From a virus: 64,000 bases of DNA. Below the pieces are notes generated by a model that was not told the DNA's origin, made no database searches, and saw only the letters and a program-made list of their open reading frames with translations. Made by a program: the position numbers and the translations under genes. The stretch covers positions 52,878-116,877 of the IMG/VR virus record IMGVR_UViG_3300025636_000001; one strand, 5' to 3'. Of the stretch, positions 21,001 through 30,629 are shown piece after piece; the first letter of the stretch is position 1, and the number at the start of each line of letters is the position of its first letter.

Positions 21001-23084
21001 TCTCTTGTCCCTTGTACTTGATTTATTGCATAACCTACTCCAATAATTGCAGCTATAATAGCACCACCATTTCTAATAAGTTTATTTTGTGGGTGGTTCT
21101 CTGATTTAATAAAATGACCTATTGAAGTTCCATCCAACTCTCCATATATTCTAGTTTCATAAGCGTTTAAAAAAGGTCTTCTAAACATTAAATCTGGCGA
21201 ATGAAAAGTAAAATAATCTTTTTTATAACCTTGAATAGGTTTAAAATCTCTTTTGGAATTTCCAAAATTATCACAACCATCCGTTCTATGTGTATCAGGA
21301 TCAGCCTTACCATCATGAAAATAAACATCAGGTCTTAAATCATTGTAAGGATAGTTAGGGTATAACCCTTTGTCATTACCAAGATTTTGACCACCTTCTG
21401 GGATGGTATATTCTCTCATGTTTCTAAATATACCTTTTGCAAGAATAGATTTATGTCCTTCTCTTGATCCTCTTAGTATTTCATAACCAACTATATTTTC
21501 TAATAAATTACCATCATTATCAACTGGTGGGCTTATATTTTCAAATTGAACACCAAGAACTCTTATTTTTTCTTTTGAATCATTTGTTAATTCAACTTGT
21601 TGAGCCGTTTCTTCTGTTGGCATTTTATGATGTCTAATAGGTAATCCGCAAAGATCACCCCAAATATCAGGTCTTATTGGAGAATATATTTCAGTTGATT
21701 CCCAATATGCCATATCTCCTTTTGCAATCAAAACACCACCATCGTCAAGTGGTATATTTAAATTGTTAGTAAGTGTTGCTGTATTATATACTTGCCAATT
21801 TTTTTCATCAGAACTTAAAGCATTTACATTACTAGTAGATGCTTGTGTTGTTTCATTGATTGTTTGACCAAATTGATTAAACCCATTAACTCTAGGTTCT
21901 CTACCTGGTATATGATATGAACTTGAACGCTCTCCAGTATTATAAATCCAACGTATAAAAAAAGCATATTGTTCATCTCTTAAAAAACCTACTTTATTTC
22001 CGCCTTTATAGTAATAAGTTGAATCATATTCTGCAACTGTCCATTTACATTTAATTTTATTTGCTAAAGGTTGATAGTTAAAATCAAATTGTTCTCTTGG
22101 GCCTTTTCTTATTAAATAATCATTTACCACAAACATTGCATCTGATTTTTCATATGCGGGAGTTCTAAGAGGTATAAGTTCTAAAGGTATAGTAACCAAA
22201 GACTGATCAATGTAATCTACTTGTATAGCTGATGTTTCTGTACTATATAAACCTATTTTTTTTGCAACTGTTTGTTCTTGATTATTAGATAATATAACTA
22301 ATTCAAAATAATCAAATTCTTTATCTAAATTAGATACATTAATCACCAAACTTCCAGAACCACCTAAGTGATCAAACACTGATTGAATATTAGAAATACC
22401 AATATAATCAGTTACTCTTTGTTCATTAACTGTATAAGCTACATATGCTTGATATGATCCATTTCTTAATTGACCACCACTTTCTGATTTTCTTATGTCT
22501 ACACAAGGTGTATCTAATAAAGGTGCTAATCTAATTTTTTCACAATCTAATTCATTTGTATCTTCATATATAACGCAAGGGTCTTTACCTGATACAATAA
22601 TTTGTTTATATGGTATATTATCTATATTAAGAGTTCTTGATGGATTTTTACCATCATCCCAATATACTTGCCAAGAACAATCAAAGTTTTCTTTACCGGC
22701 ACCAACAACTAAATTTTTTCTATTAAATTGTAAACATTGATCATTGACTATTGTTTTATATTCACATTTACTATCATCAAATCTACCTATTTCAGAATTA
22801 ATATCATCTGTAGAATAAATAACCCATTGATCTGCATATAAATGAATAGCACCAATAATAGTGTATGGTGCAGCTGCACAACTAATATTGGCAGGTTCAT
22901 TCCCTAAAACAGCTAAATCTCCATCTACAGAATTATTTATAGCATTACGTGCATGAGACCAAGATTCTTTTGCTTGAAAAGAAGCATTAGTATCTTTAAC
23001 CATCCCCTTTAAAAAAGTTCTACTGTCAACAGTAGATGTATTTTGCATTTTAGGTTTTGCTTTGTTTACTCTTTTCTTTGCCAT
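18042..23084 (-). CDS. Tail stabilisation / muzzle protein (P22 gp10-like class, crAss-like)
   Basis: 1680 aa beta-rich protein with WDDGKNPSRTLNI, FTFHSPD, GDVYINRY and WISFHDWHP motifs; follows the ring proteins. Confidence 0.7.
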   Translation of the reverse strand: MAKKRVNKAKPKMQNTSTVDSRTFLKGMVKDTNASFQAKESWSHARNAINNSVDGDLAVLGNEPANISCAAAPYTIIGAIHLYADQWVIYSTDDINSEIGRFDDSKCEYKTIVNDQCLQFNRKNLVVGAGKENFDCSWQVYWDDGKNPSRTLNIDNIPYKQIIVSGKDPCVIYEDTNELDCEKIRLAPLLDTPCVDIRKSESGGQLRNGSYQAYVAYTVNEQRVTDYIGISNIQSVFDHLGGSGSLVINVSNLDKEFDYFELVILSNNQEQTVAKKIGLYSTETSAIQVDYIDQSLVTIPLELIPLRTPAYEKSDAMFVVNDYLIRKGPREQFDFNYQPLANKIKCKWTVAEYDSTYYYKGGNKVGFLRDEQYAFFIRWIYNTGERSSSYHIPGREPRVNGFNQFGQTINETTQASTSNVNALSSDEKNWQVYNTATLTNNLNIPLDDGGVLIAKGDMAYWESTEIYSPIRPDIWGDLCGLPIRHHKMPTEETAQQVELTNDSKEKIRVLGVQFENISPPVDNDGNLLENIVGYEILRGSREGHKSILAKGIFRNMREYTIPEGGQNLGNDKGLYPNYPYNDLRPDVYFHDGKADPDTHRTDGCDNFGNSKRDFKPIQGYKKDYFTFHSPDLMFRRPFLNAYETRIYGELDGTSIGHFIKSENHPQNKLIRNGGAIIAAIIGVGYAINQVQGTREIEYEGPKGNMSSANFSFGGPAGVGNGPGVAQVGISAAVGAGLIGSTAADVIIATLIDDATSLASIVDGGSLAYVSQQVDAGIAKNLGNIPGILGGTTNNAYTFNTASSNLPRFVRLVLGTQIGATNIAIGGQEIIDLIYNLVKEEDFAFKHNSHGFYSNFTKRSKTQQYRTKTLNSNYLGSSFQEFEGHKINNLFRPATVAIATEDQLDDPGTKDISRYVVGGDADSDFGNSYLKKPEEFQSKTISCLYGGLKFQFDNQYGQLDGVKQVQMRGCIEFINAINPGQKFTSEPIFSGDVYINRYTEKTVMPIFSDFLNGQPDQYTYDYLQRINIPYPRFWMDTRKFDMTGLGQEIATFSLASTSDPLPNDLFYLDRGNSSCNSNIGSLLGSGSDPNPSFAMRYAYMYTHCNGIQDFFVESEYNLAHRDWDDTDDKRHYDYIEYAETDGLFHADIIKKGNFYKYDLSLSISKFVTQVTSFGNVQPRDYDPSVAESCYQYYPKRLLYSLRSQQESKKDFWRVFLPNNYKDFKTKVNTIKPISKSGAVILFPYQSPVMFQGVDTLQTDLGTKVTIGDGGLFNQPLQNIVNSDLSNEYGSSESMRGVINTPFGLFFISQAQGKIFHYTGKLDNIANAGMKQWFNKYLPSILVRQFPDLEQSPLSDNPVVGVGCQAIYDPNYDIVYFTKKDYKLKEKYVPDLNNEEADQTGKVLLIDNTFYYMGVGASKIKLEIGNPIFFEDASWTVSYDPKSRTWISFHDWHPELVLPSINHFFTTKTNNSAAVTDKGGIWRHNATCQSYAKYYDEEYPWEVEIIENTGQNVMTLKSVEYQLESYVYDGDLINGCGDDRWHDLDYNFDESIIYNSEQISGLLKLEMHPKEDPYAMIQYPLVGFNDIKILYSKEEQKFRFNQFYDITNDRGEFTGVQNNQFITQVNGYIKDLNNVNLNYNKEEIQHKKFRHYYNKILFRRKKSKNRKMLFKLANTKLNLSFR

Positions 23085-23088
23085 AATA

Positions 23089-23970
23089 TTATCTTAATGT
23101 AGGACTGCTTTTAAACATGTTGTAATAGTTATGGTATTGAGCTTTTCTGTTCACTAACCACATTTTCTTCAATTCAGCAAAGTCTGGAGTATTAATAAAA
23201 GACAAAGCGTTATTTCTTGCAGCTCTTAATCTTTGTTCTATTAACCCCATTTGATTACCTACAGGCTCACCTGCAAAAATCATGTTTTCAAGTATACGCT
23301 GCTTAAGTGCATACTCATAATATTCATTACAGTAAGGATGATCTAAAACTAAAAGATTACCACTATTGTCTTCCATGGCTCCTTGATAATTTATGTAAAC
23401 CTTACCACTCTTAAAATTTGTTTTTAAAAAACCATCTTTAACCTCACCTACGTTATCTGAAACAACGTTTATGTTTGGGCAATCACAAGTAGAATCATTT
23501 ACAGTAGCAATGCGTAAAGGAGCAAAAGCTGTATAAGATCTATATTGACTTCCTGCTACTTTGTGAATTAATTTGTATTCTTCACCATCAGGACAATTCT
23601 TAATAACACAAACATCATTACATTTACCGTCACTACATGAATCTGTAAATCCTGGATCAGGAACATAATCTACATGAACATCTTCAACATGTGTGCCTGA
23701 AGGCATTTGAGTCTCTATAGTGTACTCACCACAAATAAATGCATAATTTAAATATGCAAAATCATGGGGTAATTTAGCTTTATTATGTTCTACTTCTAAA
23801 ACAACTTGTTTTGTTCTATGTATTTTTATACCTAGATCATAATTAACTCTTGTTGCTACTTTAATAAGCTGAGCAGGATCTATCATGCCATCTAAAGCAT
23901 AAGTAGAAAAGTCAATGGAAACATCTTCCATCAAACTATCAAAGGTTCTGTATTTATGTGAAATTGCCAT
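23089..23970 (-). CDS. Tail tubular / ring protein
   Basis: DGFLKTNFKSGKVYINY motif; lies just upstream of the muzzle gene. Confidence 0.6.
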   Translation of the reverse strand: MAISHKYRTFDSLMEDVSIDFSTYALDGMIDPAQLIKVATRVNYDLGIKIHRTKQVVLEVEHNKAKLPHDFAYLNYAFICGEYTIETQMPSGTHVEDVHVDYVPDPGFTDSCSDGKCNDVCVIKNCPDGEEYKLIHKVAGSQYRSYTAFAPLRIATVNDSTCDCPNINVVSDNVGEVKDGFLKTNFKSGKVYINYQGAMEDNSGNLLVLDHPYCNEYYEYALKQRILENMIFAGEPVGNQMGLIEQRLRAARNNALSFINTPDFAELKKMWLVNRKAQYHNYYNMFKSSPTLR

Positions 23971-24641
23971 TATCTATGTAAATTAATTTTGTTATCTGAA
24001 TCTTCTGAAGGTATCTTAAGAGTGTTCATCATAACTCCTAATACTTGCTGTTCTATTTCAGCAAACAGTGACTCAGGAATATTAATATCCTGTTCATATC
24101 TTGGCGTGCATTGATCTTTGGTTTCACATAACCAATCAGATATATCATCATCAAAAACACCTTCTAGTTTTATTGCATCCCATTCTAAGTCTGGTAAATA
24201 CAAATACCCGTTAAGGTACCAGAAGTACTTTTTGTTATTGTATCTAAATGAAGTTGTTTTTGTCAATGAAGTGTAAGTACCCGGATGAGTAGCTTGAAGC
24301 TCTTGAGAGCCGTCTATTGAACTCACAGTTCTAATTAAAGGACCCCAATATCCTTCTAACATATTAGGGAGTTTATTTTTTGTACGTTTTATTGTACAAC
24401 CTGATTGTATTCCTGTGCAAGTTGCTTCTACTTTATCTACTTCAATTAATTCTATAAAAGGAAGAGTTTTCCATATAGCATTAAATTTCATAAGCTTATT
24501 TGCATTGTCTTGTCTTCTAATTAAGAGTTGTGCAAATTTTTGTATTAAGCTATATACATATCTATCAGTTACAAAAGCATCTTGCGTTTCTGCTTTTACC
24601 TGACCTCTTATTCTTGATATTACTGATCCTATAGTTGTCAT
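23970..24641 (-). CDS. Tail ring protein
   Basis: FIELIEVDKVE..C..CTIKRT..KLP, YFWYLNGYLYL, C-terminal DxDN; crAss-like ring pattern. Confidence 0.6.
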   Translation of the reverse strand: MTTIGSVISRIRGQVKAETQDAFVTDRYVYSLIQKFAQLLIRRQDNANKLMKFNAIWKTLPFIELIEVDKVEATCTGIQSGCTIKRTKNKLPNMLEGYWGPLIRTVSSIDGSQELQATHPGTYTSLTKTTSFRYNNKKYFWYLNGYLYLPDLEWDAIKLEGVFDDDISDWLCETKDQCTPRYEQDINIPESLFAEIEQQVLGVMMNTLKIPSEDSDNKINLHR

Positions 24642-24646
24642 GATGT

Positions 24647-25213
24647 TTATATTTCAAATTCATCATAGTCCTTTAGTGCTTTGTTAGTATTTTTTAAATT
24701 AGGATCATACAGATGTGAAACTTTCATTTTACTCTGCATCTTTATATACTTTGTCCAGTTCTTAGGATATTCTTTTGCAACTGATCTTTTAAAATCTCTA
24801 CAAGCTGTGAATGACCAAAGCTCTCTATTTTTAAATCTGTATTTAGTTGACCAGTTTGTATAAAATATTTTTCCTATGTTTCCGTCTGTATCCCAATTTT
24901 TATTTCTTAACACTTTACCATACTCATTTGATTTAGAATAATCTATATTAACAGTCTTTGCTGGAGGACATGTTCCTATAAATAAATAACCCAATGAGTC
25001 TGGTAATTCAACACCGTCTCTATGTTTTATTACGCCTTCCCACAATGCTTTATTATATAATTTAATAATACTTTTTAACTTATTATTATCAATATGTGAA
25101 TATAGTGGTCTCTTGTCTTTAAATTCTTTTAACGTTTCTTTGTTTAGTATACCTAAAGTTTTACTTCTATATCTAGGAGCATTTAAATCAGGTTTATTAA
25201 AATTATTAATCAT
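24647..25213 (-). CDS. HU/IHF-like DNA-binding protein
   Basis: Basic; helix followed by DGVELPDSLGYLFI; IHF-like genes occur in crAss-like structural modules. Confidence 0.55.
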   Translation of the reverse strand: MINNFNKPDLNAPRYRSKTLGILNKETLKEFKDKRPLYSHIDNNKLKSIIKLYNKALWEGVIKHRDGVELPDSLGYLFIGTCPPAKTVNIDYSKSNEYGKVLRNKNWDTDGNIGKIFYTNWSTKYRFKNRELWSFTACRDFKRSVAKEYPKNWTKYIKMQSKMKVSHLYDPNLKNTNKALKDYDEFEI

Positions 25214-25271
25214 ACTTATATTATTAATTTACAAAAAAAACAGCACTTATGAAAGTATAAGTTGTTGTTCT

Positions 25272-26486
25272 TTATATTGCCTGATATGTTAATTCAGTTA
25301 TTGTACCTATAATTGGATCTTGAAGTTCTAATTTACCTGATCTTCTATTGCAAGTATATTTATTTGAATAATGATAGTAATCTGTTTTACCTAAACTTGG
25401 TAAACTCTTTTCAATAAAACCAGCAGTTTCATTAGAAGTCATATATTCTGTTTTTCTATCTGTATGAATGTGACCTTTAAATAATGTTCTGTTGATTGTT
25501 TTACCCCATTCAATAGGATATTCACTAGCATAAACTAATGGTGTATTTTTAGAATGTTTATCTCCATGCTCAAATGCATTAAAATTATTATGATAAACAT
25601 GTACTTTTCTTTCATCATATTTTACATCCCATTCAATTTCATCAGATTTAATTGATTTAGAAAGGGCATGTGCTAAATGATAAGATGATAATCTGTCATG
25701 ATTACCCGGGATATAGACAACTACTAATTTTTCACAAAATGCTTTGATATAATTAATAGCCCAATGCATTGCATCAAAAGCTTGTTGATAAGCCTCTGTA
25801 GCATTCATGCAGTTATCTAAAGGTGTTCCGCTTGTGGTTGTACCAGAAAAGGTGTCCATGTTGATTAGATCACCTCCTAGTACAAAATACATTTTTTCTA
25901 TGTGATGTGTAGGTACAGCTCTTTTTATTAAGTTTTTGATTGTATCCTCAAAATCTTTATCTATTGTTTCATTACCTTCTTTACCAAAATGAATATCTTG
26001 TAAAGACATTACACCACAAACTACATCTTTATTAAGCTTGTTTAATTTTACTTTTGGTATTTTAAAAGTCTTAGGTTTCCATTTTTCTAATAAATCCTTC
26101 AATAAATCTCCAGGACCTTCTTTTACTTTACTAACCAAAGCTGATACACGCCAGTGATCAGACATTTGTTTATTCCAATATTGAGATAATTTCCACTGAG
26201 TTGTGTCAATTTTTAAAAGTTCTATAATCTCCTCTGCTGATTTAGGTTCAGTAGTTGAGGAAATTGAAAGTGTTTTTTCACCTTTATCTAAGTCAACTGA
26301 TTCTGTAAATTTACTAGTTCCATCATTTATAATTTTAGATCTTTTTTTTGCTTTACGTCTTTCTCTAAGTATTTCTTTTTTAATTTTAATATACTCTGAT
26401 TCAAGTATACCTAACCTGGCAGCACAGTATGTTGGATTTTTTTTCCATCTAATTGTTTCTGCAACTTGTTTTTTTAATGAACTCAT
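25272..26486 (-). CDS. Calcineurin-like metallophosphoesterase with N-terminal extension
   Basis: Motifs DIHFG, GGDL, PGNHD, HGD, GHIH. Confidence 0.85.
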   Translation of the reverse strand: MSSLKKQVAETIRWKKNPTYCAARLGILESEYIKIKKEILRERRKAKKRSKIINDGTSKFTESVDLDKGEKTLSISSTTEPKSAEEIIELLKIDTTQWKLSQYWNKQMSDHWRVSALVSKVKEGPGDLLKDLLEKWKPKTFKIPKVKLNKLNKDVVCGVMSLQDIHFGKEGNETIDKDFEDTIKNLIKRAVPTHHIEKMYFVLGGDLINMDTFSGTTTSGTPLDNCMNATEAYQQAFDAMHWAINYIKAFCEKLVVVYIPGNHDRLSSYHLAHALSKSIKSDEIEWDVKYDERKVHVYHNNFNAFEHGDKHSKNTPLVYASEYPIEWGKTINRTLFKGHIHTDRKTEYMTSNETAGFIEKSLPSLGKTDYYHYSNKYTCNRRSGKLELQDPIIGTITELTYQAI

Positions 26487-26533
26487 ATAAAAAATATTTA
26501 TAAATTAACCAAATGTATGAAAAAAAATTTAAT

Positions 26534-26568
26534 AAAAAAAGAGAAGGCCCCTATAAAGGGACCTTCTC
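26534..26568 (-). terminator. Intrinsic terminator
   Basis: Minus strand GAGAAGGTCCC-loop-GGGGCCTTCTC followed by T7. Confidence 0.7.
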
Positions 26569-26607
26569 CACCGTTAGTAGTAGAAAACCAACAAACCACT
26601 ACTTTTT

Positions 26608-27204
26608 TTATACTAATGTTTTAACTAAAATTTCAACACTGTCACATAATGCACTTCCGTCAGTTGACGTAAGTTTTATTTTATATTCAGTATCTGGACT
26701 TAAAGTTGTAATATTAAAATCATTTATTGATGATGTTAATAATACACTGTTGGCTTGAACCCATCCTGATGGACTTGTTAAAGTATCATAAAATACATTT
26801 ATACCTAAACTTAAAGAGGAAGTATTATTCCAAACTATAGATAAACTTGTGTCTGTAATATTTTCAGCGTATACATTATAAGGAGCGTGATGTACATTAT
26901 TTGCTGTACATGTACCTAATCCATTTGCAATCATTAAGGCAAACTTTTGTATTACTTGATCTAACCGTTCACCTGAATCTATTTTTAAAATACCATTGGT
27001 TGTTTCTATTTGAAAAGATGTACCACAATAACTAACACACTCAACACATTGAACATCATCACATCTTTCATTACCAACACCACATTGAGTATAACCGCAT
27101 TGTGTTTCATATGCTACATCAGAGCAACCACATGGTAATTTTGAACAAGAGCAATTTGAATTTTGACATCCATTACAATTTTCACAGTTATTATTACAAG
27201 CCAT
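26608..27204 (-). CDS. Cys-rich protein with C-terminal fibronectin type III domain
   Basis: Cys-rich N-terminus; APYNVYAENITDTSLSIVW...LSPDTEYKIKL. Confidence 0.7.
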   Translation of the reverse strand: MACNNNCENCNGCQNSNCSCSKLPCGCSDVAYETQCGYTQCGVGNERCDDVQCVECVSYCGTSFQIETTNGILKIDSGERLDQVIQKFALMIANGLGTCTANNVHHAPYNVYAENITDTSLSIVWNNTSSLSLGINVFYDTLTSPSGWVQANSVLLTSSINDFNITTLSPDTEYKIKLTSTDGSALCDSVEILVKTLV

Positions 27205-27228
27205 TTTATTTAATTTTTTATATTTTTA

Positions 27229-29427
27229 TTAACAAGATGCTATTATTTGGTCATTTATAATTGTAGCATCAAAGGTACTATTAAATCCACCATCTGTTGC
27301 AGTAGCTAAATATTGCCATGGATAAACAGTTTCTCCGTATGATGTTGTAAAAGTAGCATTAACACCTGCTCCTAAGATAAATATTTTAACTCCTTGACTC
27401 TGAGCCGAAGCTGCTAACGATTGAATAAATGTCCAATCACTATCTTCAAAAGATCCATCATCACCACCTGGTAATACGTCTGTACCAACAATAATATATT
27501 TAGCAACATCAGGTCTCCATGCGTTTGTAAAATCGTAACTCAATACTCTACTTATAGCTTGATCTGTACATTCAGGTCCAGTAGAACCTCCATTACCCAT
27601 ATTAATACAAGTATCATCAACACCACCATTAAGCTTATTTAATGCTGCTGTTGCAGAAGCCCCATTATTATCTTGGAACATTTCCCAAGCAGTAATAAAT
27701 AATTGATGGGAATCGCCACCTGTATAATTTAATCTTTGTGCTTCAGGTAAACTTGTATAATCTTCACAAGAAGCATAAGCTGGAACAGTTGAAGATATTT
27801 TTTCATCTGCTGTAACAATAGAAAGTCTATAGTTATTCACTCCAGATGAACTTTGTATGGTAGTAATTAAATTTGCAAAACCAGTTTTTAATGTTTCTAT
27901 TTCATCTCCCATACTTCCTGTATAATCCATAATAAAGGCTACATCCATACCATTAGAACAAGATGTTTCAGCTGATATAAAAGTAACCGGACTACAAGTT
28001 TGAGTAACACCATTTAATGATATTTCTAATACAACTTCATAATTAGTATTTGCTTCCAAACCTGTCAGATCTACTGAAGGATTAAAAGGTAAATTAGAAA
28101 CCGATATTATATTATTACTACTACCATCATCTAAATCTGTAATAGTAAATTTAAAAATTGCACTTGTACCTAATGTATTTGTAAAACTTAATATAGCTGA
28201 TTCTTCAGTTATATCACTTACTCCTAAGTTTGTAGGACAAGTTATTGCAGCTTCAACTGAAGAAGTTACTGTTTCTTCACATTGGTCTGTTCCATTTGTA
28301 ACACAAAAAGAAATAGATGTATTTAAATTAGAATATAAATTTAAAGTAGAACTAGATAGATTAAACTCATATGTTGTATTTGTTCCGGCATAATTAGAAA
28401 ATGTAAAATTATTATTAGCTAATACACCATTACTATCAGTGATAGAAATTGTTGTTTGACCACCACAATCTGTAAAACCACTAGGAATATTAGAATTAAC
28501 AAAATTAAATTCTACTCCAGTTGGATTTCCTACACTGTTTGTTATAATAGAAGTTTCATATGAAAAAATAGTTTCATCACAAGGACCAGGACAACAATTT
28601 GTTTGAATTGTTTTAATAGCTTGATACATGTCACATATTACTATCCAAGCGTTACCTACTGCATGTGCTAAAGTTGTTGGTGTTTCAATCCAACCAGTTA
28701 TATTATCATAAGTTCCTGAAGAACTTAACATAGGTTCACTATTTGTAATACAAACAGCTTGATTAATTGCTGCATTAACTAATGGAGGTGTACCTACAGC
28801 TTCTCTTAAATCACAAAAAGCAGTTTCTAATGCTAATAATAAAGTAGATGCTGCTATAGTTTGATTTTCTAAAATACAAGTTGAAAAAACATTAGGATCT
28901 CCTCCTCCAAGATTACAATCACCGTTTGAATCTAATACACAAGACTCAATAACTTGTATTCTTGTTTCATGATCTTCAAGTTGCGTATTAATTTCATTTA
29001 TTTGTTCTAATATAGAACATATTTCATTTGCTATAACTTCAGCATATATATCTAATTGTAAAGCTGTATATTCATCACCGTTACCATCTGTGTAGGGTGA
29101 TAAACATGTAGGTAGTTCTAAGATAGGTAGTTCAGAATTTTCTTCTGTTTGTAAATTACATACATAATCAATAATTAATTGAACAACATCTTTTAATTTA
29201 GGTGGTTCAATTTGACCTTGAGGTAATACACATAATAAATCTAAACCATTTGAATCTGGTTCTGGTATAACTAAATCACATAATTTTTGTGCTAATGCTG
29301 CAACCACATCACTTACTGTATCACCTGTGCATAAATCTATACAAGAAATATCCGGCCCTTGCCAAACAACACAGTTTGAAGATATATTAGTACATGGTGC
29401 AATACCATTGTTAGTTTTTGGCAACAT
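27229..29427 (-). CDS. Cys-rich structural protein with FN3 and vWA domains
   Basis: FN3 CPTNLGVSDITEESAILSF...LEANTNYEV; vWA DVAFIMDYTGSM, IIVGTD, GVKIFILG. Confidence 0.75.
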   Translation of the reverse strand: MLPKTNNGIAPCTNISSNCVVWQGPDISCIDLCTGDTVSDVVAALAQKLCDLVIPEPDSNGLDLLCVLPQGQIEPPKLKDVVQLIIDYVCNLQTEENSELPILELPTCLSPYTDGNGDEYTALQLDIYAEVIANEICSILEQINEINTQLEDHETRIQVIESCVLDSNGDCNLGGGDPNVFSTCILENQTIAASTLLLALETAFCDLREAVGTPPLVNAAINQAVCITNSEPMLSSSGTYDNITGWIETPTTLAHAVGNAWIVICDMYQAIKTIQTNCCPGPCDETIFSYETSIITNSVGNPTGVEFNFVNSNIPSGFTDCGGQTTISITDSNGVLANNNFTFSNYAGTNTTYEFNLSSSTLNLYSNLNTSISFCVTNGTDQCEETVTSSVEAAITCPTNLGVSDITEESAILSFTNTLGTSAIFKFTITDLDDGSSNNIISVSNLPFNPSVDLTGLEANTNYEVVLEISLNGVTQTCSPVTFISAETSCSNGMDVAFIMDYTGSMGDEIETLKTGFANLITTIQSSSGVNNYRLSIVTADEKISSTVPAYASCEDYTSLPEAQRLNYTGGDSHQLFITAWEMFQDNNGASATAALNKLNGGVDDTCINMGNGGSTGPECTDQAISRVLSYDFTNAWRPDVAKYIIVGTDVLPGGDDGSFEDSDWTFIQSLAASAQSQGVKIFILGAGVNATFTTSYGETVYPWQYLATATDGGFNSTFDATIINDQIIASC

Positions 29428-29559
29428 AAAATCCTATTTTACAACTTAGAAAACTTATTTGTATCTATACATAATATACAAAAGTTTTTGTAATCAAGCA
29501 AGAACTTAACCACTTAAGTTATAAAATAGGATTTATATAAATCTAAAAAAAGATTTTTA

Positions 29560-29850
29560 TTATTCTGAAACTACTTCCATAGAAGAATTTTCTTCAACAG
29601 GTATATCTGAAATAGTACCATCAGCAAGAGAAATATTTACTTGCCCATACTTTTCTTCAAGTTTAGCTGAAGCTTTTTGCATTTCTGATTTCATAGTAGC
29701 ATGATCTTGTAATAATTCATACTTTGAAATTTCAATACTTGCAAGATTATTTACAATAATACCAATTTTTTGTTGTAAGCCTCTTAATGTTTCTAATTCT
29801 TCAGCAGTAATTTTTTTATCTGCTACTTCTTTTGTTGCTTTTTTTGCCAT
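29560..29850 (-). CDS. Small coiled-coil protein
   Basis: Heptad pattern ending EEKYGQVNISLADGTI; follows the tail fibre cluster. Confidence 0.6.
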   Translation of the reverse strand: MAKKATKEVADKKITAEELETLRGLQQKIGIIVNNLASIEISKYELLQDHATMKSEMQKASAKLEEKYGQVNISLADGTISDIPVEENSSMEVVSE

Positions 29851-29909
29851 GGTTATTTTTAATTAAATAATTATTATTATTACAAATATACAAATTATTA
29901 TTTAATTAC

Positions 29910-30266
29910 CTAATTATTTATAGGATCGTCAGCTACAGTTAGTGTAACTGATACAGGTGTGATTAAAGCGTTAATTTGATTTTCAATACTTTCCTCTATA
30001 CTAGCAACCTGCTCCTCTCCCATAGCTTCTTTAACCCATCCTATAACATCGCTATGTACTACAGTATCAAAAGCTGTAAAATTAGATAAGTCTTCTGTAC
30101 TTAAAGATTGTGTTCCTATGTTAGTACTTGAGTAAGGATTGCCTTGAGGATCAACTTGATCTGAAGTACCTGTTACTCTCCAATGCACATTATACACTAC
30201 ATCAGATTCTCCTCCGTGTGTTGGGTATGTGTCAACCGTTTTGCAATTCCAATTATACGTTATCAT
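29910..30266 (-). CDS. Tail-fibre-associated small protein (paralogue 2)
   Basis: MITYNW...VVYNVHW.VTG...VIGWVK; adjacent to tail fibre genes. Confidence 0.6.
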   Translation of the reverse strand: MITYNWNCKTVDTYPTHGGESDVVYNVHWRVTGTSDQVDPQGNPYSSTNIGTQSLSTEDLSNFTAFDTVVHSDVIGWVKEAMGEEQVASIEESIENQINALITPVSVTLTVADDPINN

Positions 30267-30627
30267 CTTCTATATTTGTTTCTGGTTCTACTGGCTCTTC
30301 TGTTGCTAACCAGTCTAATTCTGTTACATCTTCGTTAGTAGGCACAACCTTAGCTTTAATACCTTTTTCAATAACTTCATTCATATGATCTACAGGGTGA
30401 TTTGCTTTTGCCCACTCGATAACCATATCTTCAGTTAATGTTTCAATACTTGCAAAGTTTTCAGCAGATGGTGCTCCTACGGGGCAAGCTCCATTAAATG
30501 TGTGGGACTCTCCAGATTCCGCATCAGTACCTGTATAATCAAATTTAATGTGTGTAATCACATTAGACAATCCGTCTAGCGTTGGTGCTTTCTTTAAAGC
30601 CGTGATTTTCCAATTGTAAGTAATCAT
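30253..30627 (-). CDS. Tail-fibre-associated small protein (paralogue 1)
   Basis: MITYNW...VITHIKFDYTG...VIEWAK. Confidence 0.6.
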   Translation of the reverse strand: MITYNWKITALKKAPTLDGLSNVITHIKFDYTGTDAESGESHTFNGACPVGAPSAENFASIETLTEDMVIEWAKANHPVDHMNEVIEKGIKAKVVPTNEDVTELDWLATEEPVEPETNIEDDNV

Positions 30628-30629
30628 AA

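Noticed and set aside
29530-29543. Palindrome GATTTATATAAATC
   Set aside because: AT-rich single occurrence, plausible by chance at this composition.
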